Source: Candidatus Kryptoniota bacterium
Lineage (GTDB): Bacteria; Bacteroidota; Ignavibacteria; Kryptoniales; JAKASW01
Assembly (NCBI GenBank): GCA_046706745.1
Contig: JBJKPC010000034.1
Span: forward strand, 18,263 to 82,262
Direction: 5' to 3'
DNA: 64,000 nucleotides
Shown: piece by piece, positions 61,011 through 64,000 of the stretch
Layout of the letters: each line of letters opens with the position of its first letter
Numbering within the stretch: position 1 is the stretch's first letter
Made by a program: the position numbers and the translations under genes
Notes under the pieces: model-generated
The model's input: only the letters and a program-made list of their open reading frames with translations
The model's database searches: none
Told to the model about the DNA's origin: nothing

Positions 61011-62231
61011 CTATTCATATCTCAACGCATCAATCGGATTCAAATTTGCTGCCCTCCGGGCGGGATACCAGCCGAAGAATGTCCCGATCATGGCAGCGAA
61101 GAAGAACCCAAGTCCTACGGATTGCGGAGAGATGACAATCGGCCATTGCTGGATATTAGAAACCACGTTGGAAGTCAGCACGCCGAGCAATATCCCGGCA
61201 ATGCCGCCGGCAAGGCTAAGCGAAACGGCTTCAACCAGAAATTGAGTCAGCACATCGTTTCCCCTGGCACCCACCGCCATTCTTATTCCTATCTCGCGTG
61301 TCCTTTCTGTGACGGAGACCAACATGATATTCATTATTCCGATGCCACCTACCAGTAGAGAGATTGCCGCGACACTCGCGAGCAGGATAGTCATAGTCTG
61401 AGTTGTAGCCTCAGCCGCGCTGGCAATCTCAGTCTGCGTATTGACCGTGAAATCATTTGGGTTCCAGGACCTAAGGTTATGTTTGATCCTAAGGAATTGA
61501 GTGATTTCATCCACTGCGGCGTTGACCGCTTCCGGGGAAAGTGCCGACGCGAAGAAATAATTGGCATAAATAGTGCCCGCAAGCTTTTTCTGTACGGTCG
61601 AAAAAGGCGCGATGATAATGTCGTCATTATCCTGACCCATGGAACTTTGGCCTTTCGGTGCGAGGACACCCACGACCTTGAACGGGACGTCCCTTATCTG
61701 GACAGTCGCACCCAATGGAATCGTGCCCGTTCCGAAGAGGTTGTTGGCAACCGTCTGGCCGAGGATGCAGACCTTTGCCGAGGTCTGTTCATCCTGACTC
61801 GTAAAATAGCCACCGCTCTGCACAGGCCAGTTCCGGATCTGCTCGAAGCTGGGATAGACTCCGAGTATCTGAGTTTGCCAATTTTGAGTACCTGCTATTA
61901 TCTGGGCAATAACTCTGACCGCGGGCGAAATATATTTCACCGCGGGGCACTGCGCGCCGATCGCATCCGCATCGCTTTTTGTGAGACGAGAGGTGGCGCC
62001 CGCCTGGAAACGGACGTGACCTTGGGATGAGGCAAATGGAAAGACCATGACTACATTCGTGCCAAGACCAGCAATTTGCTGGTCAATGGCCCGGCTTGCT
62101 CCCTGTCCGATGGCAAGCATGGCGATGACCGCCGCAACTCCGATAATAATTCCAAGCATGGTCAGGAAAGATCGCATCTTGTTCCTTCCCAATGACCGGT
62201 ACGAAACTTTCATGACATTTGAAATATTCAT
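61011..62231 (-). CDS. MacB-like ABC permease
   Basis: RSFLTMLGIIIGVAAVI, LLVGGIGIMNIMLVSVTERTREIGIRMAVGA, NPIDALRYE. Confidence 0.95.
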   Translation of the reverse strand: MNISNVMKVSYRSLGRNKMRSFLTMLGIIIGVAAVIAMLAIGQGASRAIDQQIAGLGTNVVMVFPFASSQGHVRFQAGATSRLTKSDADAIGAQCPAVKYISPAVRVIAQIIAGTQNWQTQILGVYPSFEQIRNWPVQSGGYFTSQDEQTSAKVCILGQTVANNLFGTGTIPLGATVQIRDVPFKVVGVLAPKGQSSMGQDNDDIIIAPFSTVQKKLAGTIYANYFFASALSPEAVNAAVDEITQFLRIKHNLRSWNPNDFTVNTQTEIASAAEATTQTMTILLASVAAISLLVGGIGIMNIMLVSVTERTREIGIRMAVGARGNDVLTQFLVEAVSLSLAGGIAGILLGVLTSNVVSNIQQWPIVISPQSVGLGFFFAAMIGTFFGWYPARRAANLNPIDALRYE

Positions 62232-62282
62232 AACCTCCCCCTAATCAATCATCCTTCCAAGCGCGTGTGGGACGACAAGATG

Positions 62283-62639
62283 TTAATTGAGTCTCCCGAC
62301 GTTCCAATCAGCCTGTCCCGAGCTGAATTTGCCAAGCAAATTGTCCAAAAAGGTGTGAAACCTGCCAATCACCTTTTGCTTCACAACCTTGATATTCCAA
62401 TCGGCGTACAACCTTGCGACCATGCTCGCAATCCGAGTCTCAATTTGGGCTTTCGCATCGGCCGAAATGGTGCCGACGGCGGTCACTACAACATCTAAAT
62501 CGCCGCGACCTGTATTTAGAGCAATCCATTGTGAGGCTGGAGAAATACGCGAACGAACAAGCAAAGCGGAGCCGCCGCACAGGATAAGGACGGCCATCAC
62601 GGTCCCTGCCACTCTCTTCATCATCTTCTTTTGTCTCAT
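62283..62639 (-). pseudogene. Truncated MacA-like adaptor (N-terminal ~110 aa only)
   Basis: TM anchor then RGDLDVVVTAVGTI..AQI..RI...VARLYADW; ends before the helical hairpin. Confidence 0.7.
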
Positions 62640-63589
62640 CGGCCCCTCACTAACTGTAGGAAATCGAGTTTCATCATACCAACATCTTATTTCCAGTTAG
62701 ACATCGCGAGTCTCAAAAAAGTTTGGCCGCGGGATGTGACATATCGAGCCGGGAATATGCGGACCAAAACCGCGATATCAATGGCAGTTTCGCAGAAAAT
62801 GTACAAGATGGCGGAACCCACTAAGAAGGCTACTCCTTGTTCATTTGCAGATCCGTTTTCAAGGTCTTCCTTTATGGAAAATTTCTTATTGACAGGACCT
62901 AACCTATGTAGAAGGATATAACACCGATGATCAAGCCGAAAAGACACTGGTTGAATTGACCCCGATCGGCCAGGCAGACAAAAAGGAACCACGTTGGAAT
63001 GTTGATGCCCAAACCGGCGTAGGCAATGCTGTTGGGGGAACTGACGGATCATCCATAATGCCCCCGCTACTGTGACGAGATGTTAGGCGATCATACCCTC
63101 GCCATCACAACGCGTATTGAAGATTGCGCCGACGATGAAGAAGATGACCGGTGCCACAAGTCCGATTAGCAGTGCGAGGCTTGAGTGTGTAAGACGTGCT
63201 TTCATGCAGCACTCCTATCAAACCGCCGAAGGACAGACGGGGCGACAGTGCGAAGCTGGTGCATTTCTGCGGCTCGGCTTTCTTAACATACGTCATATGA
63301 GGAGGGGGGTGCCGGTCGCGTTCGGAGTCTTAATAGAAGAAGGCGAAGCCGCGTTCAAACAGGATTCACTCGGTCAGAACCGCGATGTTTTTATAAACAG
63401 GCTCGGCCAACACTTCGGACAGGCGTTACGCAACGGACGCGCCGTTTTGCCTTCCGACTTCCTTCGGTTACAGTATCTGAGAATGGACCGCAATTGACGG
63501 ACAAAACCGGCCTGTCCTCCAAAAGCGATCCGGTGTCGAGTGAGTAGTCCGAATAATGCCGGTCAAAAGAGTCCATGACTGGCATAAGG

Positions 63590-63615
63590 CGGGCAGGAGA
63601 TAACAATCCTGCCCC
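63590..63615 (-). terminator. Hairpin after the 63629 stop
   Basis: GGGCAGGA-gataacaa-TCCTGCCC. Confidence 0.45.
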
Positions 63616-63628
63616 GATTCAACTCCGG

Positions 63629-64000
63629 CTACTTCAAAAGGAGTAGCTTCTTCACAGCAGTATAGTTACCGGCCTGTATCCGGTAGAAGTACACTCCGCT
63701 TGGAAGTTCTGCGCCATTGAACGTCGCTTCATACCGGCCCGGAGATTTCTCGGCGTTAACCAGCGTTGCCGCTAGTCTGCCGAGCAAGTCGTAGACCCTC
63801 AACCTGACGAATGAGTCGGTCGGCAATTGATAGACAATAGTTGTCGATGGGTTAAATGGATTCGGGTAGTTCTGAAGCAGCGCGAACGTCTTGGGTACGC
63901 TCACGGTAACGGAGAGAGTGACCAGGTCTTTCGTCGCGCCGCTCGTCGATACCTCCTCGATTTTATACGCGTACGTATCCCCCGAGATCACATGGCAGTC
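63629..64000 (-). CDS. 3' end of a T9SS CTD-containing protein (start outside the window)
   Basis: YAYKIEEVSTSG...VPKTFALLQNYPNPFNP...KKLLLLK. Confidence 0.9.
   Translation of the reverse strand, partial: DCHVISGDTYAYKIEEVSTSGATKDLVTLSVTVSVPKTFALLQNYPNPFNPSTTIVYQLPTDSFVRLRVYDLLGRLAATLVNAEKSPGRYEATFNGAELPSGVYFYRIQAGNYTAVKKLLLLK

Overview
Bacterial genomic window, most consistent with an Ignavibacteria/Kryptonia-like member of the FCB group (inferred from nine genes ending in a T9SS type-A C-terminal sorting domain, CTD, with the motif 'LxQNY/FPNPFNPxT'). The left end holds a probable extracellular electron transfer locus: a ~25-heme cytochrome c built from tandem 73-aa triheme modules (cut by the window start), an outer-membrane barrel, a small Cys-Pro-rich protein and ccmF. 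Next come a DUF1800/DUF1501-CTD pair between two paralogous small OMPs, a ~1 kb non-coding array of REP-like palindromes, and a ~15 kb cluster of T9SS cargo genes. Five propeller-type cargo genes carry a heptamer microsatellite at the same point in the CTD, and in one it has expanded and broken the frame. Two distant ~1140-aa paralogs combine FG-GAP repeats, two Ser/Thr-rich amphipathic hairpin-like segments (pore-former-like), a CARDB-like domain and a CTD. The remainder is mostly transporters (MFS, ABC, MacAB-like, MarC), small enzymes, UPF0182 and several gene remnants. I recognised no rRNA, tRNA, CRISPR array or transposase. All calls come from reading motifs by eye; no database searches were run.
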